In this document: piece after piece, positions 11,879 to 24,360 of the stretch
Position numbering within the stretch: the stretch's first letter is position 1
How the letters are laid out: every line of letters starts with the position of its first letter
NCBI GenBank assembly: GCA_951406725.2
Contig: OX597820.1
Span: 23,250,001 to 23,314,000 of the forward strand
Source of the DNA: Octopus vulgaris
Lineage: Eukaryota
Length of the DNA: 64,000 nt
Reading direction: 5' to 3'
The notes under the pieces: model-generated
Databases searched by the model: none
Told to the model about the DNA's origin: nothing
Seen by the model: the letters and a program-made list of their open reading frames with translations, nothing else
Translations under genes and position numbers: made by a program

Positions 11879-11939
11879 GATAACTGATGAGATGCTGGAG
11901 CAGGTTTCTGCCCCGACATCCGAAACTTAGAGTCTTATT
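11879..11939 (+). ncRNA. Type I hammerhead-ribozyme motif
   Basis: gataa-CTGATGA (11884-11890), gatg...catc stem II, GAAA (11922-11925), ct/ag stem III, GTC (11932-11934), ttatt. Confidence 0.7.
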
Positions 11940-12300
11940 ATAGCAACCGAATAATTGTCACATATTATTTTACAAATAAATTCCTCTATTTTACATAATA
12001 TCGAGGTCCCTTTCATCTTTTTGTTGTCTTACCATTACTATTAATAAAATATATAATTTAGATATGCTATAAAATTCATCTATGCTACAATTTTAATATA
12101 CTATAAAATTTATAATTCATATATATATATATATAATATAATTCAAATATATAACTTAGTAACAAATATTCAAGTTACATTAGATGTTATCATATTTTAA
12201 ATGTGAAAACTGTAAAACATTGAATAGTTTTGATATGCTTCAAATCTTTCCCCTTCTTTGAGATCATCTAACTTGAATCTTTTATTCCATCTGTTGATAG

Positions 12301-12354
12301 TGCTTACCATTTATGGAATATGAACTTCATAATCAACTTATAAATAAATTAAAG
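12301..12354 (+). CDS. C2CD5: C2CD5 exon g (CLPFMEYELHNQLINKLK)
   Basis: tag acceptor, AAG|gtgagt donor, 54 nt, phase 0-0. Confidence 0.93.
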
Positions 12355-12430
12355 GTGAGTTAAAAGTTTCCCTTCTTTTTTTTTTTGGCCTGTGTAATTA
12401 CTACTACTACTACTATTATTGTTGTTATTA

Positions 12431-12483
<53 letters not shown>

Positions 12484-12930
12484 GTTATTATTATCATTAT
12501 TATTAAGGCAGCGAGCTGGCAGAATCGTTACTTGTGCAGGGTAAAATGCCGAGTGGCATTTCTGAGTTCAAATTTCATCAAATTCAATTTTGCCTTTCTT
12601 CCTTTCAGGGTTGATAAAATAAGCACCAGTTGTATATTGAGGTCAATGTAATTGACTTACCCCTCCCCAGAAATTTCAGGCCTTGTGCCTATTATAGAAA
12701 GGATTATTATTATTATTATTATTATTATTATTTGGGTGGCGAGCTGGCAGAATTGTTAGCACTTTGAGCAAAATGCTTAGAGGTATTTCGTCCACCTTTA
12801 CATTCTGAGCTCAAATTCCATGTACCAATGGAGTGCAGGGGTTGATGTAATTGACTAGCCCCCTTTCCCAAATTCCAGGCCTTGTGCCTATAGTAGAAAG
12901 AATTATCATTATTATTATTATTATTATTAT

Positions 12931-13545
12931 TCTATGTTTGACTTTTGCTTTATATTTGTACAAGTTGGCTCCAAGTTTCACCCAGAGACCTCAAGAGACA
13001 ACAGGTTGGAAGTTCACGTTATGCCTAGTGTGCCATATATTTGGGGGGTTTTTTGGTGTTGTACTAGTGAATGTCTAATAAAAAATAAAAAAATTGTTTG
13101 TTTTAAACCTTGAGATTACATAGAAAGTATTTTCCGTAGGATATGAGCAGTTCCCATGAGCACTATTTTTTTAATTTCTGCCATTTGGGGGTTTCCTGTT
13201 ATCTGAGTTAGGTAGCAATCAGACCCTTTTGCTATCATTCCCAGGGTACCTATGACAACAGGTATTGTTTTAGTCTTCAGGTTCCACATTTTGCTGATTT
13301 CTATTTCAAGATCTTTATATTTGCTCAGTTTTTGGTAGGTCTTGGTAGTTTTTGGTGTTTATATTGATTGGGACAGTCATATCAATGAGGAGGCATGTTC
13401 TTTGTCTGAAGTCTTTCAATATGATGTCTGGCCTATTTGCATCTATCTTTCTGTCAGTTTGAATGGTGAAGTTCAAGAGGAGTGAGATGTGGTCATTTTC
13501 AAGCACTGGAGGTGGTTTGTGTTCCCACCAGTTTTTTTGGGGTGG
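12931..13545 (-). mobile_element. 5'-truncated R4/Dong-like non-LTR retrotransposon (RLE domain + 3' UTR)
   Basis: WWEHKPPPVLEN...TDRKIDANRPDIILKD...LIDMTVP...KLSKYKDLEIEISKMW...IPVVIGTLG...GTAHILRKILSM-stop (13116-13118); one frameshift; flanked by (TAA)n. Confidence 0.85.
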
Positions 13546-13587
<42 letters not shown>

Positions 13588-14235
13588 GGCAGCGAGCTGG
13601 CAGAAACATTAACATGCTGGTTGGAATGCTTAACAGTATTTCATTCATCTCCACATTCTGAGTTCAAATTCTGCCAAGGTCGACTTTGCCTTTCATCCTT
13701 TCAGGGTTGATAAATTAAACACCAGTTGAGTACTGGGGTCGATGTAATTGACTAGTCCTCTCCCCAAAACACTTCAGGCCTTGTGCCTATAGTAGAAAGG
13801 ATTATTATTATTATTATTCCTCTTCTTATCCTTTTTATCCCTCTATTTCTCAAGATATTATTATTAAATTCTCTGCGCTATAAATTGCAATTTCATTCAA
13901 GTATTATTTTTGAATTTTTGTTTGAGGAATTCTGCAAAGGAGGTCCCATACATGTTTACATGTTTTCTACATGTGTATACCTGTTTTGAATTTATTATAT
14001 TTTTGATATTAATATTCATATTCATAATGTATTTCCTATTCTGTAATGAAACACAGGCAGCATGGAATTAAAAATATACCAAACTTTTCACTTTTATAAT
14101 ACATACATGTGTGTGTATGTATATATATTTTTTTTTCATTGAAAATTCTTTCACTGTTCTCGTTCTGTTAACGGCTAGGCATTCAGGTGAGTATACTGGC
14201 ATTGATGTGGCAACATTTGAAATACTGTCTAGGTA

Positions 14236-14308
14236 AATGCAGCTGATGAAGACTGATCAAATTTATGTTGTCAAACGTATTTGTAGAGTCAGAAACCAGT
14301 CCTGCATT
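14236..14308 (+). ncRNA. Type I hammerhead-ribozyme motif
   Basis: Perfect 7-bp stem I aatgcag/ctgcatt, CTGATGA 14243-14249, gact...agtc stem II, GAAAccaGTC 14292-14301. Confidence 0.68.
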
Positions 14309-14566
14309 ATCCGATTCTAGGTTGTCCATTTATCAAATGTTCTTCCTAGAGGTAAGACAAATTTTTCATATTTGTTGCACACACACATCTTTGCCAGTAT
14401 ATACACAGTGAAGCTATACAATAGCGTCGTATTTGTATCAATTGCTATTTTCCAGTAAATATTGGTGCCTTGTTGTACCACTCATCTGTTTATATATATA
14501 TATATATATTTAAGCTAGCACTTACCATTCTCTGGTAATATATATGACATTTTTTTTCCATTTCAG

Positions 14567-14641
14567 ATGCGTGGTATGAATGGTCTTTTTGGACTTGTAG
14601 TCCATATCACAGTTGGAGAAACAATGTTAGCTGGAATAGCT
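14567..14641 (+). CDS. C2CD5: C2CD5 exon h (MRGMNGLFGLVVHITVGETMLAGIA)
   Basis: ttcag acceptor, GCT|gtgagt donor, 75 nt. Confidence 0.92.
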
Positions 14642-15882
14642 GTGAGTATCTTTAAAACTTACTACTTCAGTACATTCCTAAAATTTCATTTTAATTTATC
14701 TTCTACAAGGCAGTGTGCAAGTGTGTGAGGCATGGTTTTGTTGCTGTTATTTTTACATGTAAAATAAAGTAAGTTCTCCGTATAAACATGCAAAGAGTCT
14801 GGATTTAACTGTTGTTACATCCATATCACAAATATATATTTTGCTTGACTTTTCATAGGGTATGTATTGATGGGTAATCAGTCTTGTTGACTTTCTAATA
14901 GGATTTAGTACTTATCATTGACTCTTAGGTGCAGTGAGGCAGCTTGAGATTAGATGTATTTTCTAGAAAGACAACAAAATACCGGCAGTAGATTTGAACT
15001 TATTACTCTTGAGCAGGCTGTTGAAATACCTTATCCACTTTGCCATTTCATTTGTAGCTCTGCAGCATCAGACATCCCCTACTTCCCCATTCACTCCTGG
15101 CCCCACTGCTTCAGTTATTCCTAACCACCTTCATACCTTGAAGGTCCACCCTGACACCTCATCACCACTCTTTTCTTATCACTTTCCAGCTTCACCTCAT
15201 CACTCTCTCCTCTCTTCTAAAATGTGTAGTCATGTAGCTCCTCCATGGCTAGAAACCTGTTCTCCTCTGGCCCTTTTCTCTTACATTTTAATCCTCTCTA
15301 CTCCCTCATCTCCCAGCATAAAACTTCCTGCATCTGGGTTTGTACTCTTGCAGGTTGCATGGCAATCTCACTAATGCTTGTGGCATGGGGGGAAAAAAAA
15401 GCACCCAGTACTCACAGTAAAGTGGTTGGCATTAGGGAGGGCATCCAGCTATAGAAACCACGTTAAAGCATACACTGGAACATGTTGCAGTTCTTTGCAC
15501 CTACTGGGTCCTGTCAAACCATCCAACCCATGTCAACGTGGAAGTTAAATGATGACAATGATGATACACTGATACACTGTGATTTAGGTTAAAGTACTTG
15601 CATACACTTGATGATGATGATGATGACGCCGACGCCGCCGACGCTGCTGCTGCTGCTGCAGCACACACCACACACCTACACCAGTCTTCCACATTGTTCT
15701 TAGTCAATTCATTTGATCAACTTCTCCTGTTCCACTCTACAAAGTATTGTCTTTGCACTTTGACGAAATAAATAATTTTTAGTTGTTGTTGTTTCTATTT
15801 TTCTTTTTTTCTTTTCTTCTTTATTGCTCTAACTATTGTTTATGAAACCCTTCTGCTATTCTCTTCATTGTTCTATTTTCAG

Positions 15883-15945
15883 ACAGCAACTGCTGCCTAT
15901 CTGAATGCACTACCTGCTCCATCAGTTCCACGTATCTCAGGACAG
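15883..15945 (+). CDS. C2CD5: C2CD5 exon i (TATAAYLNALPAPSVPRISGQ)
   Basis: ttcag acceptor, CAG|gtaata donor, 63 nt. Confidence 0.9.
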
Positions 15946-16370
15946 GTAATAATAGTATTTAATTTTATTATTAAATGACCAAAACTAATCTTTTTTTTTT
16001 TCTTTTTTTCATCACACTTTCCTTTCCTTTAGTGATGAGTGAAAAGATCTGCAGCTCATTTCCATATCAGGATATGATCATGTTTTTTAACCAGGATCAG
16101 TTCTAATCAAGTAGACTTTTGATCGAAAGTATTCTAGGCATGACCATTCCATCTGTTTGTCTATGAAGGACCACATTGTCCAGTGTGTACTTTGAGTTTG
16201 TTTACATCTCTGTAACTTGACAGTTTGGCAGAAGAGGCCAATAGGATAAGTACCAGACTTTAAAAAAATAAGTACGAGGGTCAATTTGTTGAACTAAATT
16301 CTTCAAGATGGTACTCCAGCATGACCACACTCCAACAACTGAAGATTTAACACCATACATCTTTTATAAT

Positions 16371-16584
16371 ACAACAGAGATGCAGCACGGAATTTTGTCA
16401 GTGAACAGATCGCGGTCTCAAAGCAACGAAAATGTTTTGACAAATTAAATTTAAATGTTGAAGTGAATCTAACGGTTTTTGTGTGTTTCTTAAATGGCTT
16501 ATAAACACCTTCCACGCTGCAATTGTTTTCATTCCAGCACACGATCTCAGATCAGGTCACTTGCTATGCAAGTACATCTCCATA
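16371..16584. mobile_element. Short insertion with 12-bp TSD carrying a variant hammerhead-like motif (16394-16444, +)
   Basis: TSD atcttttataat at 16359-16370 and 16585-16596; stem tttgtca/tgacaaa encloses GTGAACA...GAAA. Confidence 0.55.
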
Positions 16585-16629
16585 ATCTTTTATAATGTCT
16601 TCTTTAAATCTTTATTTTTTTCTTTTTAG

Positions 16630-16728
16630 GTGATGCCAGCAAGTGACAATAATGATTTGGAGAAGCTACAGCAACGCTTAACCACTACTGTACAGAACTT
16701 AAAAGAGCAATATGAAATATTTGTGCCT
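16630..16728 (+). CDS. C2CD5: C2CD5 exon j (VMPASDNNDLEKLQQRLTTTVQNLKEQYEIFVP)
   Basis: ttttag acceptor, CCT|gtaagt donor, 99 nt. Confidence 0.86.
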
Positions 16729-16983
16729 GTAAGTTAATAATACTGCCTTTGAGAGTTCCCGGTGGCTTGACTTACATATACTTACCTAACCCTAAATGAT
16801 AACCCCATGATCTCTTTCTTCCTCACTCTCAGATAAAACATGATTCCCCAAAATGAGTTTATCAAACTCTCTTATAAACTTTACTCTTGACTAATTGTTG
16901 CTCCCACAAACCACCAGTTTCTTTGGATTTCAGGTTTGATCTTATCAGACTATGATACCTGTGTGGTAAAATCTCATTTGATT

Positions 16984-17290
16984 AATTCCTTTGTTCCCTG
17001 TGAACCATAGGCCATCGATGATGTTTCCCCACTGTTCCTGACTCTAGGCTATCTTTTCTGTTTCTCTTTAGTTGAATCCCAGCTTTTTCAGTTCTACCTC
17101 AGTATCTTACCTCCAGCTATTTCTAGGGTGTGTGTCCTCTCTTCCACATCTTTTGTTGGTTCCAGGTCAGAACCTGACATGTAATGCAGGATGTTGGTTC
17201 CCCAAAGGTATAGTCTATCCATCCCCTCTTGCTCTTCAGGGTCTTTTCTTCCACTGGCATCAGCTCCTTCCTTTCTGAAACATCTATTCC
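16984..17290 (-). mobile_element. Decayed RTE-like LINE 3' fragment
   Basis: Degenerate HPRNSWR*DTEVELKKLG...EKIA C-terminal motif. Confidence 0.5.
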
Positions 17291-18316
17291 ACATTACACA
17301 GTTTTTGAGGAAGTCAGCTTTGCAACTTCCTTTCAAATTCTTCTACATTGTCATATGTTTCTCTGAGGGAAGCCGTTTCTTTTCTAGGTCTTGTTGTTAT
17401 CAATGCTTCTGTTACTTTGCTTTTTTTCCAGGTAGGGACATTATCCTATGCAAACCCATTTTCACCTCTGAAAAGAGGTGGTCCATATTAGCTTGGCCTC
17501 TATCCTTTGATACCTTGCTCAGCCCAAGAGGTTCCACCAGAAGCTTGCCCTTCACTGGCTTAGCTCTCAGGGTCATTGAAGGCACAGAAGCCACCACAAT
17601 GCAACAAGAAATAAACCTTGTGATGACTGGTAAAATTATGGTTCTTTATCTATTGATAAAGATACATTATTGATACATTAGCCCTATCATCATAATATGT
17701 ATGTACATGCTTATGTGAAAAGTCACAGCTGAAGGAATTGTGTTTATTAACCAAAAGTCAACAATAGAATTTGTGTTTCAGAGTACAACTCTTTGTTTCA
17801 TATTATGAAAATCATTTCCATATCAGGATATGATCATGCTTTTTAACCAAGAGCAGTTCTAATCAAGTAGACTTATGATCGAAAGTATTCTAGGCATGAC
17901 CATTCCATCTGTTTGTCTATGAAGGACCACATTGTCCAGTGTGTACTTTGAGTTTTAGAAAGAAACTCGGTCAGTGTCTGTGAAGAAAATAACGGTCAAA
18001 GTGGGATGTAGTTCTAAAGAGAAAGGATTGCAAAATGTTTAGTGCAGGATTTCAATAAATAAGATAGAATAGGAATGATGAGAAGAAGAGCAGTGGGCTT
18101 CAACTGTAGGAAATTTCTGACTCTCTCTCTCCCTCTATCTCTTTCTTTCTCTTCCTCTGTCTCTCACTCAATGAGACAAAATATGTGTGATCAGATTTGC
18201 CTAAATATCAATCAACATTATGAATACAAAATCCTAAATAGTATTGTATTGGTACATGCAGGATTGTGTGGTTAATCACATGCTTTCATATCCAATCCCA
18301 CTGCATAGCACCTTAA

Positions 18317-18527
18317 CCCTTTCATTACTGTATTTATTTTGGGACGCTCTGTGTTTCTTTCAATTACTTTAAATATAACAAAGAATTTAGTAATATAACT
18401 TAGTTATCATTCAGCTAGTGTTAGGAGCATTAATTGTGACTAAGGTTTAGCGGAAGATTTTAATTCAAAACTTATGAAAACAAGACATTTGTACTATAGA
18501 GCCAGGGCCGGGTTGGTAATGAAAAGG
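18317..18527 (+). mobile_element. TTAA-flanked MITE type 2
   Basis: TTAA|CCCTTTCATTAC...GTAATGAAAAGG|TTAA; related interrupted copies 34527-35589, 43082-43697, 48981-49610. Confidence 0.8.
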
Positions 18528-18584
18528 TTAAGCTAGTTTCTCTCTCTCTTTCTTTTTTTCACCTTTTCATTCAATTTATTCCAG

Positions 18585-18701
18585 GAAATTACCCCAGGCC
18601 AGTCTAGTCTTCGTTGCAGTGCTGATAATACAGACGACAGCGATGAAGATCAGAGTGATTTAGAACTGTCATTTGGAAACAAAGATACGTTTGTGTTAGA
18701 G
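18585..18701 (+). CDS. C2CD5: C2CD5 exon k (EITPGQ...DLELSFGNKDTFVLE)
   Basis: ccag acceptor, GAG|gtaagt donor, 117 nt. Confidence 0.9.
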
Positions 18702-21056
18702 GTAAGTAAGGATTTTGGCTGGTTCCAGAGCATGAAGGGTCTCATCATCATTGTCATCATCATTGATTTTTATGTCCACCTTTCCATGCTTGCATGGCTT
18801 GAACTGAGTGGCTCCCTGTCGCCAATCCACGTCAGTTTCCAAACAAATTAATATTTTCTTGTAGCCAGACTAGAGGGATAGTCAGAGATAAATATCAATT
18901 TAACACATGTACTGAAAGAGCTACCAATACTTTCATGCTTTTATGATGCTTTAACCTGACATGTATTATCTCCAAGTAATCTCTCAGGTTTCAACATATT
19001 TTCTGTTATTTTGTTCTATACCAGCTGCATTAATTGTGGTTTCTGCAATCAGGGAGGACAGGGATCTTGGTTTTCTTAATTTCATTTCTTTCTTCTCATT
19101 CCATTTTTTGCATCAACCTTCTTCGCATTTTTCTTGTTTTTTCTCATTTTGTCATTGTGTAGCATCCTTGTTTTTTAAAATATATCTAACACAGGCATGA
19201 CTGTCTGGTAAGAAGCTTGCTTCCCAACCACATGTTTCCAGGTTCAGTCTTACTGTGGGTAAATTGTCTTTTACTATAGCTTTGGGCTGAGTGGATTTGA
19301 TGGAAACTGAAAGAAGCCTGTCGTGTGTGTGTGTGTGCATGTGTGTTTCTATGTCTGCATTTGTCCCCCATGACCACTGATGCTGGTGTATTTATGTCCC
19401 CGTAACTTAGTAGTTCAGCAAAAGAGGCCAATTGAATAAGTACCAGGCTTAAAAAATAAATTAAAAAATATTAGAGTCAATTTATTCAACTAAAAATTCT
19501 TCAAGATAGTGTCCCAGCATGGCCACAGTCTAATGACTGAAAGAAGTAGTTCTTTTGGTATAAGTATCAAATTTATATATATTGCCTCCGTGAGGCCCAA
19601 CACTCAAAAGGAGCTTAGCATGCCACTGGCATCAGCCACTTTGCCCCCATGAGGCCCAATGATCAGAAGGTGCTTTTTACATGCCACTGGCATGGGTGCC
19701 AGGTATGTGGCACCACCATCAACCATGACTACAATTTCACTTGGCTTGATGGGTCTTCTCAAACACAGCATATCACCAAAGGTCTCAGGCACTAGTGTGT
19801 ATATCATCATCATCATCATTTAACGTCCACTTTCCATGCTAGCATGGGTTGGACACTTTGACTGAGGACTGGCGAACCAGATAGCTGCACCAGGCTCCAA
19901 TCTGATCTGGTAGAGTTTCTACAGCTGGATGCCCTTCCTAACGCCAACCACTCTGAGAGTGTAGTGGGTGCTTTTACGTGCCACCAGTACAAGGGCCAGT
20001 CAGGTGGTACTGGCAACAGCCACACTCAAATGGTGTTTTTTATGTGTCACTGCACAAGAGTCAGTCCAGCGGCACTGGCAACGACCACGCTCGAATGTTT
20101 TGTTCATGTGCCAGTAAGGCGGCGGTGGTAACGATCACGCTTATATATATATATTTTTATATGTATGTATGTATAGACACACATACATCTTATCTTCATA
20201 AATATGTATGTACATGCTTATGTGAAAAGTCACAGCTGAAGGAATTGTGTTTATTAACCAAAAGCATATCATTTGATATATGCCATCAAGGAAAGTTGCA
20301 TTTTGTTCCTGATTCAGGTTGTTAACCTTTGTCAAAGCAAATTGCTAATCATGGTGATGCAGCTTGCTACTGTAGACAGTAGGAACACTGCATAATTAAC
20401 GAGTATTTTGTTCATTTAGTCCAACTCTATACTCTTCATGCTAATTCCACAGCTGTCATAATCATCGTTGCTTCCAACCATTTGACCTCAGGTTCAATCC
20501 CATTGTACCTTTAGCAAATGTCTTCTGCTTTCACCCTGGGTCAGCCAAAACCTTGTGAGTGGTAGATGGAAACAGGAAGAAGCTTCTCATGTGTGTGTGT
20601 GTGTATGAACATGTATGTGTATGTGTGTGTGTATTTGTGTATACCTTGTCTTGACATCCTGTAATGGTTGTAAATGAGCAGCCTGTCATACAAGTGAGGT
20701 TGTTTGTTTCCAGTCTGGCATATAAAAAAAAAAACGTGTCTGGCCATGGGGAAATATTATCTTACCTGGAAATAGGTGAGGGCAGGAGACAGGAAAGGTA
20801 GCCAGCCATAGAAAAAACTAGCCTCAATAGATTTTGTTTGACCCATACAAATATGAAAAAGTGGACATTAAATGATGATGATGGTGATAAACCCCTTTTA
20901 TCATTAATCTCTTTACATGCCATTATATTTATATGGGATTCAAGGTAATTCTTTCAAACTTTTGTATCAATCCATTGAAAGACAATGCTGTACTACTGCC
21001 TCTTTTTCTTTTATGCCATCATTCTGTAAATCATTTCAAAATTTTATCTTCTTCAG

Positions 21057-21179
21057 GTTGATGATGCAAAAGATGAAACTGTATCCTTGATTTTAGATGA
21101 CTTCACAGCTCCAGAAGGATTTGAAATATGCAATACAGAAGTACTTCCAGGAGTGACCAACATTGTTTGTAATCTACAG
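21057..21179 (+). CDS. C2CD5: C2CD5 exon l (VDDAKDE...GFEICNTEVLPGVTNIVCNLQ)
   Basis: ttcag acceptor, CAG|gtaag donor, 123 nt. Confidence 0.92.
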
Positions 21180-21308
21180 GTAAGCTTACAATTTTTTTTT
21201 TTTTTGGCTCTTTTGGGTATTCTATCACTTTCTTCAATTTACAGATCTTTTTATTTTATCAACTAAATGTCCCAAATTACACATTTTCCTCTTGTTTTTC
21301 CTCTTTAG

Positions 21309-21395
21309 ATGTTTACACATGTGTGGCGTGGCAAATGCCAGAAGGTACCAATGACTGTAAAAGATTTCTCTGATTTATTTAACCATTTGATTAGG
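21309..21395 (+). CDS. C2CD5: C2CD5 exon m (MFTHVWRGKCQKVPMTVKDFSDLFNHLIR)
   Basis: tttag acceptor, AGG|gtaagt donor, 87 nt; preceded by a 129-nt intron. Confidence 0.9.
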
Positions 21396-21549
21396 GTAAG
21401 TATTATTTCAGCTTTTTCCATCTGTCAGTCCATTGTTGACACTATTCCTGGGAGGTTCATTAAGGTTGAGTTCTCGGATCTGTCCTCCATAGGGTCCTAT
21501 CAGAAACAACCATCATTAAGCTTTTTGATTGGATTTCTAAGTGTGATCG

Positions 21550-22400
21550 ACTGGGACTATGGATATTACCCAATCACCTCGTTCTCCTTTGTGAAATCTC
21601 TCCTGAAATGACATCTCACCATTTCTTTCCCAACTCCTAGGTCTCCTTTGTGAAATCTCCGATCCTGAAAAGACACCTCACCAAATTTCTTTCCGTGCCT
21701 TTTTCATCCTTCCTCTTCCTCAAGCTCATTTCACATGCATTGTTTGACACTTTTCCCTCAACCATGATACTCCATACACAACACATGTTCATACCAGTAC
21801 AGTCTTCTCTATTACAAACTACAAATGAAGCTTCTTATACCCAGATTCTTCCTCAACACACTTAGTTTCTGTCCTTTGTGCAGACTAACATTACACATTC
21901 TGTAGAGCATGCTTGCTTCATTTCATTCCAGCCTTTGCAAATCCTTCACATTCAGCATCCGTGTTTCAATCTATCATAATATTCATTCTTCATATACAAG
22001 CACCATACTCTCTCTCCTTCACTTGAAAAGAGAGAGAAATAATTGTTGTTGCCAACAGAGGCAATAGTTCCCTGAATGTTCCCTAATCTGTCATTATACT
22101 CACTACAGTGTCTTCCCAACACACATCTCCAGTGCTGATTATATTACCTAGGTGTTGGACAGAAGTTATCAGCTGTTTCTAGCGAACTTTCTGGGCAGTT
22201 AAACGACTTCATTTCTTGTATGTCCTAACTGCTGACTATTCTTGTATTCTTTTTACATCTAAGATCCTTCTTCTCTTCCGACCTACCTATGTTCTCTCTG
22301 CAACTTTTAAGTTTGAAGTGGGTGTACAGTATAATGTTCTTATTCCCTCCACTTCTAAATATCAAGCATTGCCACTTTGAAAACAGTACCAGTATTTTGT
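21550..22400 (-). mobile_element. Highly decayed RTE-like LINE remnant
   Basis: Degenerate NEASML and GRGR-like C-terminal patches on - strand. Confidence 0.4.
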
Positions 22401-22562
22401 TTTCTTTCAGGCTAAGACTATTATCTTAGCCTTTGTCTTCTCAATTTTATATTCTGTTTCCATGACTGGAACTTTTCCTGTATGTAATCAATATTTAAGC
22501 TTTATTTATTCATGATACAAAAACAATTGTCATTGATCTGTTATTTTTCTTCTAATTTACAG

Positions 22563-22652
22563 AAAATTTGCTTTAAATTAAGGAAGATGGCACCATGCTG
22601 TTTAAGTTGCCTTGATTTCAATTTAGAGCTGGCTGATGAAGACGAAGTGCAG
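22563..22652 (+). CDS. C2CD5: C2CD5 exon n (KICFKLRKMAPCCLSCLDFNLELADEDEVQ)
   Basis: tacag acceptor, CAG|gtatag donor, 90 nt; FKLRxMxPCCL motif. Confidence 0.92.
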
Positions 22653-23039
22653 GTATAGTTTACATTCATTATTTTCAGCATTTAGATATGTTTCCATGCA
22701 TTATTGATGATTGCTTGATAACAGCTCTCTAACGGCTGTACAGTTGTCAAAATAGTTAATAGAAAAAAGCAACATGTTGACTGATGCAGCAAAGACTGGA
22801 TCTTATGATGGTTCTGAGTAACTGTAGCACTAGGAAATTGCCAGATCATCTTTTTTTTTGTGTTAGATTTCTGTACTTAGGCATAGAAGTGGCTGTGTGG
22901 TAAGTAGCTTGCTTACCAACCACATGGTTCCGGGTTCAGTCCCACTGCATGGCACCTTGGGCAAGTGTCTTCTACTATAGCCTCGGGCCGACCAAAGCCT
23001 TGTGAGGAGTGGATTTGGTAGATGGAAACTGAAAGAAGC

Positions 23040-23082
<43 letters not shown>

Positions 23083-23122
23083 ACCCATGCTAGCATGGAA
23101 AACGGACGCTAAACGATGATGA

Positions 23123-23212
<90 letters not shown>

Positions 23213-24282
23213 TTAGCGTTCGTTTTCCATGCTAGCATGGGTTGGACGGTTTAACTGGGGTCTGTGAAGCCGGGAGGCTTCATCAGGCCCAGTCAGTGGC
23301 AGTGTTTCTACGGCTGGATGCCCTTCCTAACGCCAACCACTCCGTGAGTGTAGTGGGTGCTTTTTACGTGCCACCTGCACAGGTGCCAGACAAAGCTGGC
23401 AAACGGCCATGAACGAATGGTGCTTTTACATGCTACCGGCACGGGGGCCAGGCGAGGCTGACAACGGACACGAACAGATGGACATATATATACATATATA
23501 TATGTGTGTGTGTGTATGTGTCTGTGTTAGTGGTTCGGCAAAAGAGACCGATAGAATAAGTACTAGGCTTACAAAGAATAAGTCCTGGTGTCGATTTGCT
23601 CGACTAAAGGCAGTGCTCCAGCATGGCCACAGTCAAATGACTGAAACAAGTAAAAGAGTTAGTCCAACTCTTCATGTGGATTTGCTAAAACTACCTGGGT
23701 ACTCAACCTCAAGCCTGACTTCCTAGTTATTTCTGTTTTCCTTACCACTGGATCCAGACCCTGCTTCTGTTGTCGGACTGCATGTAGTAAGTTGATAGTG
23801 TGCAGCAGTTTGTTCCTCATCAATCTGATCAAAACTCAGAGATTCCATCCAGGTGAACAACTTTCACAATGACAAGGGATTTTTCTATTACCATCACTAT
23901 TTCTACTTCTACAAGAAAGTGCCAAAGGACATGCTACCAGATTATATTTGCAAATGAGTTAGACTAGGTAGCATGTACATGCTTTCACTAATTGTTTTAG
24001 GTGCTTATGTAGTCCCAGGTAGACACAGACATCCTCTTGACTTTCCTACATTTAAACCTAATGGAACATTGAGGACATGACAGCTGGATGGAGAGAGAGA
24101 GAGAGAGCTGCACCAGCACTTGGCTGTAATCATTTTCAGCTGAGTGGACTTAAACAATGTAAAATGAAGTAACCTGCTCAAGAGCACAACATGCTACCTG
24201 GTTCAATATTTGAACCCAAAATCTTACAGCACAAGCCCAGCATCCTAACCACTAGGCCACTGAATAGTAATGTATTAAAATA

Positions 24283-24320
<38 letters not shown>

Positions 24321-24360
24321 AATGTCTTTAATGTGTTTCATTGAATATTTTTACTGGCAG

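Noticed and set aside
12385-12651. Poly-Ile ORF resembling a membrane protein
   Set aside because: (ATT)n microsatellite plus SINE sequence.
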